From NCBI GenBank assembly GCA_963781585.1, contig CAWAGQ010000014.1, positions 32,001-96,000 on the forward strand: a DNA stretch of 64,000 nt, given 5' to 3'. The first letter of the stretch is position 1. Every line of letters begins with the position of its first letter. Source of the stretch: an uncultured Gemmatimonadaceae bacterium (GTDB taxonomy: Bacteria > Gemmatimonadota > Gemmatimonadetes > Gemmatimonadales > Gemmatimonadaceae). The notes under the pieces were generated by a model. That model made no database searches, was not told the origin of the DNA, and saw only the letters and a list, made by a program, of their open reading frames with translations. Shown here piece after piece: positions 10,491-19,476 of the stretch. Position numbers and translations under genes: made by a program.

Positions 10491-10760
10491 GCTCGAAGAA
10501 GCGCGGTACGCCGGGCCTGGGCAAGAGGACGAGCAGCGCCCGCGGAGCCCAGCCGATCGTGACAGCGGACCGGCACCGCTCTTGACGCCGCTTGCCGTCG
10601 GGTCAATCGTCGGGGCGGACGCTGCGTGCGTCCGCGACCGGGAGGCAGCATGGCTTCTCTGCACGTCGCTCAGAGCGCGCATCCTGATACGCAAGGGGCG
10701 GCTGGTTCGCCCACGTTCGTCGGCGCCGGCATCAGCGTACCGCACGCTGGTCGCCCCATC

Positions 10761-12008
10761 GTGCGTCTGCCCGCCCGATGCATTGTCGCCGCACTCGCGT
10801 TTGCCGTGGAGCCATTGCATGCCCAGGCCGCGCGCGACAGCGCCGGCATCCAGATCGTCGAGAACAGCCAGCCGGCGCTCTCCGGCGCCCGTGCCTGGCG
10901 CCTGTCGCCGAAGCCGTTCCTGGAAATCGGATCCCGAGCCTCGGACGTCGGTGCTGCGCAGGATTCGCTCTACGGGCTGCTCCGCGTGAACGGCATCGCG
11001 CGGCTCAGCGACGGGCGCGTGGCGGTGGCGAACGACGGCTCGCTGACGATCCGGTTCTTCGACCAGGCGGGGAAGTTCGTCTCGTATGCTGGCCGCGAGG
11101 GACAGGGGCCCGGCGAATTCCAGCAGCTCCTGCGGATGACCCAGCGGGCGGGCGACACGCTTGTCATCACCGATCTGGGCGAGGTGGAGTACTTCTCGGG
11201 GGACGGCAAGTTCGTGCGTCGGGGCGTGCATCGCGGCGCCGAGCAGCCGCAATTCCACTTTCCACAGGCCTGGTTTCGCGACGGCTCGTTCCTGGCGGCC
11301 GACTACGCACCCACCGCGCCGCCCCCGGACGGACGCACCCTGATACGCGTCCCCCTGCTCAGGGTGTCGGCGGATGGCGCGCGGGTGGACACGTTAGGCA
11401 CATTCCCGCTGTGGGAGCAGATCTTCGATGGACGGACGCCGTACGGGAAGGGAATTGTCTTCAGTCCCACCGGGCAGCTGGCGTGCGACGGGGAGCGGGT
11501 GTACGTCGGGCTCCCGGATCGCTACCAGATCAGCGTCTACAGCGGCCTGGGCCGGTTGGAGCGCATTGTCCGGCGGTCCTGGCAACCGATCGTGGTCCGC
11601 GATGAGGACAAGGCGGCCTATCGGAAGCACACGCTCGACGGGAGCGGCGAGAACGGACGGCCATGGCCGCCGGAGGTCCGCGCCCGGCTTGAGAAATCGC
11701 TCGAATCCACTGTGTATGCCGACCGGTTTCCCGCGTTCTCGACCATGACGGCCGACCGTGCCGGGAACCTCTGGGTCCGGCAGTACGACTACCGCGCCGA
11801 GTTCCGGACCGCTGGTCGCGTACGCATGGAAACGCCGGTGGTCGCGACCCACTGGGATGTCTTCGATGGACAAGGGGGCTGGCTGACCACCCTCACAGTG
11901 CCAGCGCGATTCGCGCCGCTCGAGATCGGGGATGACTACATGGCCGGCCTTTCGCGGGATGACGACGATGTGGAGCACGTCCAGCTCTATCGTCTCATGA
12001 AGCCCTAG
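10761..12008 (+). CDS. Secreted beta-propeller-like protein (RDSAGI-type)
   Basis: Start reset to GTG 10761; signal peptide then RDSAGIQIVEN; GREGQGPGEF NHL-like motif; C-terminal RDDDDVEHVQLY. Confidence 0.7.
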   Translation: MRLPARCIVAALAFAVEPLHAQAARDSAGIQIVENSQPALSGARAWRLSPKPFLEIGSRASDVGAAQDSLYGLLRVNGIARLSDGRVAVANDGSLTIRFFDQAGKFVSYAGREGQGPGEFQQLLRMTQRAGDTLVITDLGEVEYFSGDGKFVRRGVHRGAEQPQFHFPQAWFRDGSFLAADYAPTAPPPDGRTLIRVPLLRVSADGARVDTLGTFPLWEQIFDGRTPYGKGIVFSPTGQLACDGERVYVGLPDRYQISVYSGLGRLERIVRRSWQPIVVRDEDKAAYRKHTLDGSGENGRPWPPEVRARLEKSLESTVYADRFPAFSTMTADRAGNLWVRQYDYRAEFRTAGRVRMETPVVATHWDVFDGQGGWLTTLTVPARFAPLEIGDDYMAGLSRDDDDVEHVQLYRLMKP

Positions 12009-12162
12009 CCGCGGGGACACGCAGCACGGGTCGGGCGATTCCACGAACAAGCCTCCACCGGTCCGGCACGGGCTCCCCAGCGAAGTGCGCGCGGATATCG
12101 TTAACAGCTCAGAGTGCTGGCCGGGCCGGTTGGGCCCGTCCATTCCCGTTTGCCGCCATCCC

Positions 12163-15100
12163 ATGCCACGCTTCGCAAGAACGTTCCTCGCCTCGTGCGC
12201 TCCAGCTCTCTTGCTCGCATTCCCTGTCGCGGCGCAACCGCGGGCGACGCGCCCGCCTTCGCCGGCCGCTGACGGCACGCCCCGCTCGACCACCGCGCTG
12301 GCCAGGAGCAGTGCGGCCGCGGTTGCCGACCTCCCTCCCGATTCCGTTCTGGTCCGTTCGCTCGAGTTCCGCTCCATTGGACCGGCATTCATGGGCGGCC
12401 GGATTGTCGACATCGCCGTGGCGGAGAATCGATCGCCCGCAGGTGGGGGCGGCCCGGGGACGGTGATCTTCATCGGCGCCGCGACCGGGGGCGTCTACAA
12501 GTCCACCAACGCCGGCGTATCGTGGAACGCCGTGTTCGATTCGGTCCGTGCCGGCTCGATCGGAGCGGTGGCGGTGGCGCCGTCGAACGGTGACGTGGTC
12601 TGGGTGGGGACGGGCGAGGCGAACAACATGCGCAGCTCGTCGTGGGGTGTTGGCGTCTTCAAATCGACCGACGGCGGGGAAACGTGGTCAGGTCCCATGC
12701 TCCCGAAGTCACAGCACATCGGACGCATCGTCATCGATCCGCGCGATCCGAACGTGGTGTACGTCGCCGCGATGGGGCCGCTCTGGGCCGCGGGCGGCGA
12801 GCGCGGCCTATTCAAGACCACGGACGGCGGCAAGACGTGGACCAACACGAATCAGATCAGCGAGCACACCGGCTTCATCGATCTGGCCATGGACCCGTCC
12901 GATCCGGACGTGCTCTACGGCGCGGCGATGGAACGGGAGCGGCGTGAATACGGATTCCTCCCGGCCGGTCCCGAGAGCGGGATCTTCAAGACGGCCGATG
13001 CAGGGCGGACCTGGACCCGCCTGACGAAGGGCCTCCCAACCGGCGACCTCGGACGCATCGGCCTCAGCGTGTGCCGGTCGAAGCCGAGTACCGTGTACGC
13101 GATCGTCCACGCGCGCGGGAATACCGGAGGCACGTTCCGCAGCGACGACGCGGGAGCGTCGTGGCGGCAGGTGAATGCGGTGAACGGCACAGCGTGGTAC
13201 TACAGTCAGATCCGCTGCGACCCCACCGATCCCGAGCACATCGTGAGGCTCAACGCGAGCTCGCAGGAATCATGGGACGGCGGCAAGACCTGGAGCGCCT
13301 TCGCGCAGGGCGGGGGCGTGCACGGCGACCATCACGCACTCTGGATCAATCCCGACGCGCCAGAGCAGATGATCCTCGGCAACGACGGCGGGCTGAACAT
13401 CTCGTGGGATCGCGGGCAAACGTGGGACCATGTCGAGAACTTCGTGGCCGCGCAGTTCTACGCGATCGCGGTCGATGACGCGCAGCCGTTCTACAACGTG
13501 TGTGGCGGGTTGCAGGACAACTTCTCCTGGTGCGGCCCCAGCCGCACGCGGAACGCCTATGGGCCAACGGCCGCCGAGTGGTATCGCACGCACGGCGGCG
13601 ACGGGTTCTTCGCGGTGCCCGATCAGTGGGACAACAACTTCGTCTACGCCGAGATGCAGAGCGGCGGCGTGGTGCGGTATGATGCGCGCACCGGGCTGAG
13701 CAAGAACATCAAGCCGGTACCGAAGGCTGGTGAGCGCCATCGCTACAACTGGAGCGCGCCTATCCTGCCGTCGCGTCACGAGCCGAAGACGATCTACATG
13801 GCGGCGAACTACCTGTTCCGGAGTCCCGATCGCGGCGACACGTGGGAGACGATCAGCCCGGATCTTACGCGCAACATCGATCGCAACACGCTGCCGCTCC
13901 GGGGATCGGTGCCCGACAGCAACGCGCTCGGACGCAACGAGGGAACCGCCGAATTCAGCAACATCACGACGATCGACGAATCCCCGGTTCGCGCGGGGCT
14001 GCTGGTGGTGGGCACCGACGACGGGCTGATCCAGGTCACGCGCGATGGTGGCAGGACCTGGGTGAAGACGGAGCGGTTCCCGACCGTTCCCGAGACGACG
14101 TACGTGAGCCGCGTGGCGTTCTCCCGATTCAACGAGGGGACGATCTACGCCACGCTGGACGGCCACCGCAGCAACGACTTCAAGCCGTATGTGGTGCTGA
14201 GCACGGACTACGGCCGGACGTGGGCGGCGATGACTGGCGACCTGCCCGACGGCGGCCCGGTGTACGTGGTACGGGAGGACGTGCGCGAGGCGGGTCTGCT
14301 GTTCGCGGGAACGGAGCACGGGGTGTTCTTCACGATCGATCGCGGGCAGCACTGGACGCAGCTCAGGAGCGGCATTCCCGGAGTGCCCGTGCACGATCTG
14401 CAGATCCAGGCGCGGGCAAACGACCTGGTGGTGGGGACGCACGGTCGCGGGATCTTCATTCTCGACGACCTCACCCCGCTGCAGCAGCTCGCGGCCGCGA
14501 AGCAGGCGGCGGTTGCCTACCTGTACCCGGTGCGCGACGCGCTGCTCTTCCAGCCTAACGCGAGCCGGAACTCGGGAATGGGCACGAGCGGCTGGAGCGG
14601 TGAGAACCCACCGCCCGGGGCGAGCATCGCCTACCTGTTACGCACCGTGCCCGCCGACGCGAAGCCGACCTTGTCCATTGTCGACGCGTCAGGCACCGTG
14701 GTTCGTGAATTGAGCGGCGAGAAGGAGCCGGGCCTGTATCGCACGACCTGGGACATGCGCGTGGGTCCGCCACTCACGGGTCCTGTCGACACGATGCCGC
14801 CGGGTCGCGGCGGTCGCGGTGGACGCGGGCAGCTCGCCGGTGGACAGGCGGGACGCGGTGGTGCGGTGGGCGGGCGTGGCGCTCAGGGTGCGCGCGGAGC
14901 CGCGCGCGGAGCCGCGCGCGGGGGCGGGGGCGGGGGCGGGGCGGGCTTTGGCGGCGGATTCGGCGGCCGGGGGAATGGCGAGATCACGTTCCTCGCACTC
15001 CCGGGTCCGTACCGGGCGCGCCTGACGATCGCCTCGCCGCACGGCGCGCCGACGGTGTTCGAGCGGCAGTTCACTCTGCTCAGGGATCCGATGGTGCTGC

Positions 15101-15696
15101 TCACCGACGCCGAGCTCCGCCAGCTCAACCAGTACCGTCTTGGCGTGGCGCGATTGCAGCGCGATCTGCGGGAGCAGGCGGCGCGAGCCGATACGGTGCA
15201 GCGCGCACTGGCGGAACTGAAGCGCGCCGCTGACAGCGCTGGCGCGAAGGTGCCGGAGTCAGTCCACCAGGAGATTGCGGCCGCCGACAAGGAACTCGCG
15301 GACATCGTGGCCCAGCTGGGCGCGGCCGGCGGGGGGCGGGGCGGTCGCGGTGGCCGCGGCGGGGGCGGGTTTGGCGCGCCCGCCGGAGCGGGCAGAGGCG
15401 GGGGCGGAGCCGGGAACGGAGCCGCAGGCGGAGGCAGTGACGATGATCAGAATGCGGCGGTGGCGGTCCCGCCCAGCCAGACCATACAGGCGCGTCTCGG
15501 CTCCACGACCGAACTGCTGAACGTTCCGTTCAGTCCAAGCGCGGACCAGCGAGCGACGCTGCAGGCATTGCCCGCCGAATTGCAGAAGCAGGCGGATCGT
15601 CTGCGGCGCCTGACGAGCGAACGGATGCCGGCTCTCGTCAAGACACTTCGAACCGCCGGTATCGACCTCAAGACGGGAGGCGGTTCGGCAGGGTAG
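12163..15696 (+). CDS. Large secreted VPS10/BNR-repeat (glycosyl hydrolase-like) protein with Gly/Arg-rich inserts
   Basis: Many Asp-box repeats (STDGGETW, TTDGGKTW, SDDAGASW, SWDGGKTW, STDYGRTW), FRSIGPAFMGGRI, GTHGRG; start reset to MPRFARTF. Confidence 0.88.
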   Translation: MPRFARTFLASCAPALLLAFPVAAQPRATRPPSPAADGTPRSTTALARSSAAAVADLPPDSVLVRSLEFRSIGPAFMGGRIVDIAVAENRSPAGGGGPGTVIFIGAATGGVYKSTNAGVSWNAVFDSVRAGSIGAVAVAPSNGDVVWVGTGEANNMRSSSWGVGVFKSTDGGETWSGPMLPKSQHIGRIVIDPRDPNVVYVAAMGPLWAAGGERGLFKTTDGGKTWTNTNQISEHTGFIDLAMDPSDPDVLYGAAMERERREYGFLPAGPESGIFKTADAGRTWTRLTKGLPTGDLGRIGLSVCRSKPSTVYAIVHARGNTGGTFRSDDAGASWRQVNAVNGTAWYYSQIRCDPTDPEHIVRLNASSQESWDGGKTWSAFAQGGGVHGDHHALWINPDAPEQMILGNDGGLNISWDRGQTWDHVENFVAAQFYAIAVDDAQPFYNVCGGLQDNFSWCGPSRTRNAYGPTAAEWYRTHGGDGFFAVPDQWDNNFVYAEMQSGGVVRYDARTGLSKNIKPVPKAGERHRYNWSAPILPSRHEPKTIYMAANYLFRSPDRGDTWETISPDLTRNIDRNTLPLRGSVPDSNALGRNEGTAEFSNITTIDESPVRAGLLVVGTDDGLIQVTRDGGRTWVKTERFPTVPETTYVSRVAFSRFNEGTIYATLDGHRSNDFKPYVVLSTDYGRTWAAMTGDLPDGGPVYVVREDVREAGLLFAGTEHGVFFTIDRGQHWTQLRSGIPGVPVHDLQIQARANDLVVGTHGRGIFILDDLTPLQQLAAAKQAAVAYLYPVRDALLFQPNASRNSGMGTSGWSGENPPPGASIAYLLRTVPADAKPTLSIVDASGTVVRELSGEKEPGLYRTTWDMRVGPPLTGPVDTMPPGRGGRGGRGQLAGGQAGRGGAVGGRGAQGARGAARGAARGGGGGGGAGFGGGFGGRGNGEITFLALPGPYRARLTIASPHGAPTVFERQFTLLRDPMVLLTDAELRQLNQYRLGVARLQRDLREQAARADTVQRALAELKRAADSAGAKVPESVHQEIAAADKELADIVAQLGAAGGGRGGRGGRGGGGFGAPAGAGRGGGGAGNGAAGGGSDDDQNAAVAVPPSQTIQARLGSTTELLNVPFSPSADQRATLQALPAELQKQADRLRRLTSERMPALVKTLRTAGIDLKTGGGSAG

Positions 15697-15712
15697 TCGG
15701 CATCGCGACCGG

Positions 15713-15736
15713 GCCGCCGACTGACGGGTCGGCGGC
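15713..15736. terminator. GC-rich hairpin between convergent genes
   Basis: GCCGCCGAC-N6-GTCGGCGGC, a perfect 9-bp stem with no U-tract. Confidence 0.4.
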
Positions 15737-15830
15737 GTGGAGCACCGCCCTCATCGGCGGCAAAGGGCCGGTTCAATCAGGCGGAGCGCGCCGTGCGTCC
15801 TCCGTGCCTGTCCTCGTGGCGGTCAGCCGG

Positions 15831-17849
15831 CTAGAAGCGGTGTCTGATGGTCACCCGCAGCGAGCGCCCGTCGCGCGGGAGCAGGATCTGCAGATGCTCC
15901 TCACCGCCCGGGTCGGCGTAGCGCGCGTCGAACAGGTTGCGAATGCTCACCGACATTTCGGTGCCCTGGCCTGGCCCCGCGACGTGGAGCGTGAGATTGG
16001 CGACCGTATACGCCGGGTCCGTGCCACCGCTGAGCGTGGGCCGCGAGCCGAGGTGGCGCACTTCGAGCGCCAGGTGGCCGCGCCCGTCGAGCAGCGGAAC
16101 CGACGCGCCGCCGTGCACGATGGTCCGAGGTGAATTCGCCGGCGTGGTCGACGAATCGCCGATGGCATGCTGGTACGCGTACGAGACCCTGCCCTCGATC
16201 GCCGGCAGGTGGCCAGCGATCTCGAACTCCACTCCGCGGCCCGTGGGTTGACCGCCGTTCGCGAATACGAGGAGCGAATCGGACGGGTCGGTGACGAGGT
16301 TGATCAGGTCACGCGTGCGGATGCGGTATGCCGACACTGAAGCGAAGAGTGTCGACCCGATCGCCTGCTCGATGGAGAGTTCCTCCGTCTGCACTCGTTC
16401 GGGTTTCAGCGAGGGCGGTGCCTTCTGGGTCTCGCCGCCATCCTGGTAGTAGAGTTCGTACAGATTGGGCGCCCGGAAGGCCTGGCCGTACAGGGCCTTG
16501 ATGCTCGTGGCGGAGAAGGGGTGCAGCACGAGCGCAGCGCGGGGATTTGTGGTTCCGCCGATTCCCTCGTACTGGTCATGACGCAGCCCGGCGTATGCAA
16601 CGGCGCGGGCGCTGAATCGCCATTCCAGCTGGCCGTAGGCCGCACCGGCCATCCGTGAACGATTCAGGTCCAGGTACGTGACCCGGGGATCGACGTCGTA
16701 CCCACCGATCTGGCCACTGCTCAGCCACTGCGTCTCGCCCCCAAAGGTCAGCTTGTGGCCGGATCCGAAGTACCGCAGGTACTCGCCCTGCAGCGACCAG
16801 GCCTGGCTGTGGTTGTAGTCGCGGAACAGAACGTCGGTGTATGGATACTGCCCGTCGTAGCGGTAGCTGTCGAAGGCCGCGGTGGCGAAGGCGCGCGAGA
16901 GATCCTCGAACGCATGTTCATAGCTCAGCGTGGCCGTGGCGGTCCGGTCGTGCGTGCGGAAGCGGGGATCGTCGAACACAGTCGAGTACGAGGCCGTGGG
17001 GACGTCGCGCTCCCGGGCGCTGTAGGCCGCGAGCGCCGAGAAATCACCCATCGATCCCTTCGCAAGACCGCGGTACGTCTGCTCGCTGTCCATCCCGCGC
17101 ACCACGCCGTTGTTGGTCTGCGGCGAATCGAACTCGGGATAGTAGAGGTTCTGTCCGCCCCGACGTTCGGCCGATCCGCTGAACAGCATCTCGTGCGATC
17201 CACGCACCCGCTTGCCCAGCGACAGCGCCCCGCGGGCATAGCCGAAACTCCCGGCCTCCGCCGTTCCCTGCAGGCCCGGGAGTTGCCGGCCACGCTTGGT
17301 CACCAGGTTCACCACGCCGAACAGGGCATTGGTGCCGAACAGCGCGGACCCCGGACCCATGATCACTTCGACGTGGTCGATCAGGTCCACGTCCACCAGG
17401 GCGTCCGTCCCGATCCCGGTGGCGTCGGTGGCCGCATCGTTGATGCGGTGGCCGTCGACGAGCAGCAGGATTCGGGTGTTGAAGTCACTCTGCCGCGACA
17501 TGCCGCGAATGGTCGCGTACGCGTACTCGCGATCGTAGTAGGTGAAGATGCCGCGCACTGCGCCCAGGATGTCGGCCAGCGTGCGATAACCCTGCCGGCG
17601 AATCTCATCGGCGGTGATGATCGTGACCGACGCCGGCGCCTCGCTCGCATCCTGCGCATAACGCGAAGCGCTGAAGACGAGACGCTGGCCGGCGAACGCC
17701 GGCGCGCTGTCCGCGGCAGGCGGAGCGGCGGCCTGCGCGGCGAGTGAGCCCGCAGCCGGCCTCAGCGTCGACGCGACCGCGAGGGCCACGAGTGCGCGAC
17801 GCCAGCCGCGCGCCGAGCCGCGTTGCCGGGAGGTCAATTGCGTCTTCAT
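15831..17849 (-). CDS. TonB-dependent outer-membrane receptor
   Basis: Plug motifs (PASVTIIT, LLLVDG, VEVIMGPGSALFG.NA.GVVN), RNLFD, C-terminal Phe. Confidence 0.93.
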   Translation of the reverse strand: MKTQLTSRQRGSARGWRRALVALAVASTLRPAAGSLAAQAAAPPAADSAPAFAGQRLVFSASRYAQDASEAPASVTIITADEIRRQGYRTLADILGAVRGIFTYYDREYAYATIRGMSRQSDFNTRILLLVDGHRINDAATDATGIGTDALVDVDLIDHVEVIMGPGSALFGTNALFGVVNLVTKRGRQLPGLQGTAEAGSFGYARGALSLGKRVRGSHEMLFSGSAERRGGQNLYYPEFDSPQTNNGVVRGMDSEQTYRGLAKGSMGDFSALAAYSARERDVPTASYSTVFDDPRFRTHDRTATATLSYEHAFEDLSRAFATAAFDSYRYDGQYPYTDVLFRDYNHSQAWSLQGEYLRYFGSGHKLTFGGETQWLSSGQIGGYDVDPRVTYLDLNRSRMAGAAYGQLEWRFSARAVAYAGLRHDQYEGIGGTTNPRAALVLHPFSATSIKALYGQAFRAPNLYELYYQDGGETQKAPPSLKPERVQTEELSIEQAIGSTLFASVSAYRIRTRDLINLVTDPSDSLLVFANGGQPTGRGVEFEIAGHLPAIEGRVSYAYQHAIGDSSTTPANSPRTIVHGGASVPLLDGRGHLALEVRHLGSRPTLSGGTDPAYTVANLTLHVAGPGQGTEMSVSIRNLFDARYADPGGEEHLQILLPRDGRSLRVTIRHRF

Positions 17850-18361
17850 GGCGTCACCGCCACGTCATGCACCGTGCCATTCACCACGGCGGCCGCCGCG
17901 ACGTAGCCGATGGCTCCGGGTGTGCTGCTCACGTAGGCCACGATCGCGGCGTCGGTGTTCTTGACCGGTGGCGGCTCCGATCGGCCGGCGAAGATCTCCT
18001 GGACCCAGTACGCCGACACCGCGCCCGGTGTCCGATGGAGGATCTGCCGCGAAAACGTGTCTCGCACCGCGGTCTCGGCCGGCAGGTCCACCGGCGCGAC
18101 CGGACCGCCGTCGGGCCATGAGGTGCGGCGACGCAGGAAGTAAGCCGCCACGTCCTCGCGGCTCAGCGATCTGACGGGATTGGAGGCGTTGACGATCACG
18201 CGAAACTCTGTCGACAAGGGAGATGGCGCGGCCGCGCCGACCGCGAACGCCGACACGGCGAACGGAGTCAGAAGGACGAACACCGCCGCCAGCCAGCGAG
18301 CCCGCCTGGCTGGTCGGAACGGGAGCGTTCCGCCGCGCGCGAACAACGGACGAGAGGCCAC
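17846..18361 (-). CDS. Small periplasmic binding-protein-like protein (single PBP/PstS-like lobe)
   Basis: Signal-like N-terminus; VIVNASNP..LS, W.DG, PGAIGYV. Confidence 0.75.
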   Translation of the reverse strand: MASRPLFARGGTLPFRPARRARWLAAVFVLLTPFAVSAFAVGAAAPSPLSTEFRVIVNASNPVRSLSREDVAAYFLRRRTSWPDGGPVAPVDLPAETAVRDTFSRQILHRTPGAVSAYWVQEIFAGRSEPPPVKNTDAAIVAYVSSTPGAIGYVAAAAVVNGTVHDVAVTP

Positions 18362-19476
18362 TATGCGAACGCGGGTATTCCGGCCACGGGCAATTCCGGC
18401 ACGGCGTCATCGGCCAGGCGCTCGCGCGCCTCGAGCACCGCGCCCCACTGCGCGAGGAAGGCGTCCACACAGACCGGATCGAAGTGCTTGCGCGAGCCCT
18501 GCTGGATCAACGCGCGGGCGTCGGCCAGCGGCCAGGCGGCCTTGTAGGGACGCCGTGAGGTGAGCGCATCGAACACGTCGGCCACGGCGACGATGCGTCC
18601 GGCCATCGGAATCGCCTCGCCGGCGAGCGCCCGCGGGTAACCGCTCCCGTCGAACTTCTCGTGATGCGTGAGCGCGATCTCGGCACCGAGCTGCAACAGC
18701 CGAGAATTGCTGTCGCGGAGGATCTCGTGACCGATCACGGTGTGCCGTTGCATCAGCGCGTATTCCTCCGGATCCAGGCGATCCGGCTTGCGGAGGATGA
18801 AGTCGGGGATGCCGATCTTGCCGATGTCGTGGAGCGGAGCGGCGAGCACCACTTCCTCGGCGAAATCCGGCGACAGCGTGAGCTCGCCGGTGATGAGCCG
18901 CGTGTACTCGACGATGCGCAGGATGTGCTGCCCTGTCTCCCAGTCCCGATATTCCGCCGCGCGTGCCAGCCTGATGATGGTCTCCCGCTCGCGATTCGCG
19001 ATGGTGGTGGTGGCGCGACGCACTTCGTCAGCCAGCCATTTCGACTTGTCCGCCAGCTTCCTCTTGGCGCGCGCCAGCGTCACCATGTTGCGTGTCCGAG
19101 CCCGGATCTCGTCGGCGTCCAGCGGCTTGGTGAGAAAGTCGATGGCGCCGAGCATCAGCGCGCGCTGGCGCAGCTCGCGCTCCGTGGATGCGGTGACCAC
19201 CATGATCGGGGCGTCGCCGCCGCGATCGTCCATCGTGCAGGCCTGGATCAGCTGCAGCCCGTCCATCACGGGCATCTGCAGATCGGTAATGAGCAGGTCG
19301 CAGGGACCCTCGCGGTACGCGGCGAGCGCCTCTTCCGGATTCTCGAACGCCCGCACCTGAACGTCATTCAGGCCGGCCAGGGCATGCTCGAGCAGCTTGA
19401 GGCTGATTACCGAGTCGTCAACAATGATGACGATGGCTCGTTCGTCGGAGTCGGGCGTAAGGGGAGTGCTGATCAT
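18361..19476 (-). CDS. Response regulator with HD-GYP c-di-GMP phosphodiesterase domain (RpfG-like)
   Basis: REC (IVDD, TDLQMP, KP), LHDIGKIG, HHEKFDGSGYP, VADVFDAL; start reset to the ATGA overlap at 19476. Confidence 0.93.
   Translation of the reverse strand: MISTPLTPDSDERAIVIIVDDSVISLKLLEHALAGLNDVQVRAFENPEEALAAYREGPCDLLITDLQMPVMDGLQLIQACTMDDRGGDAPIMVVTASTERELRQRALMLGAIDFLTKPLDADEIRARTRNMVTLARAKRKLADKSKWLADEVRRATTTIANRERETIIRLARAAEYRDWETGQHILRIVEYTRLITGELTLSPDFAEEVVLAAPLHDIGKIGIPDFILRKPDRLDPEEYALMQRHTVIGHEILRDSNSRLLQLGAEIALTHHEKFDGSGYPRALAGEAIPMAGRIVAVADVFDALTSRRPYKAAWPLADARALIQQGSRKHFDPVCVDAFLAQWGAVLEARERLADDAVPELPVAGIPAFA

Noticed and set aside
9846..11258. 470-aa methyltransferase with a long N-terminal extension
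   Set aside because: The extension is antisense to the propeller gene; the domain starts at 10490.
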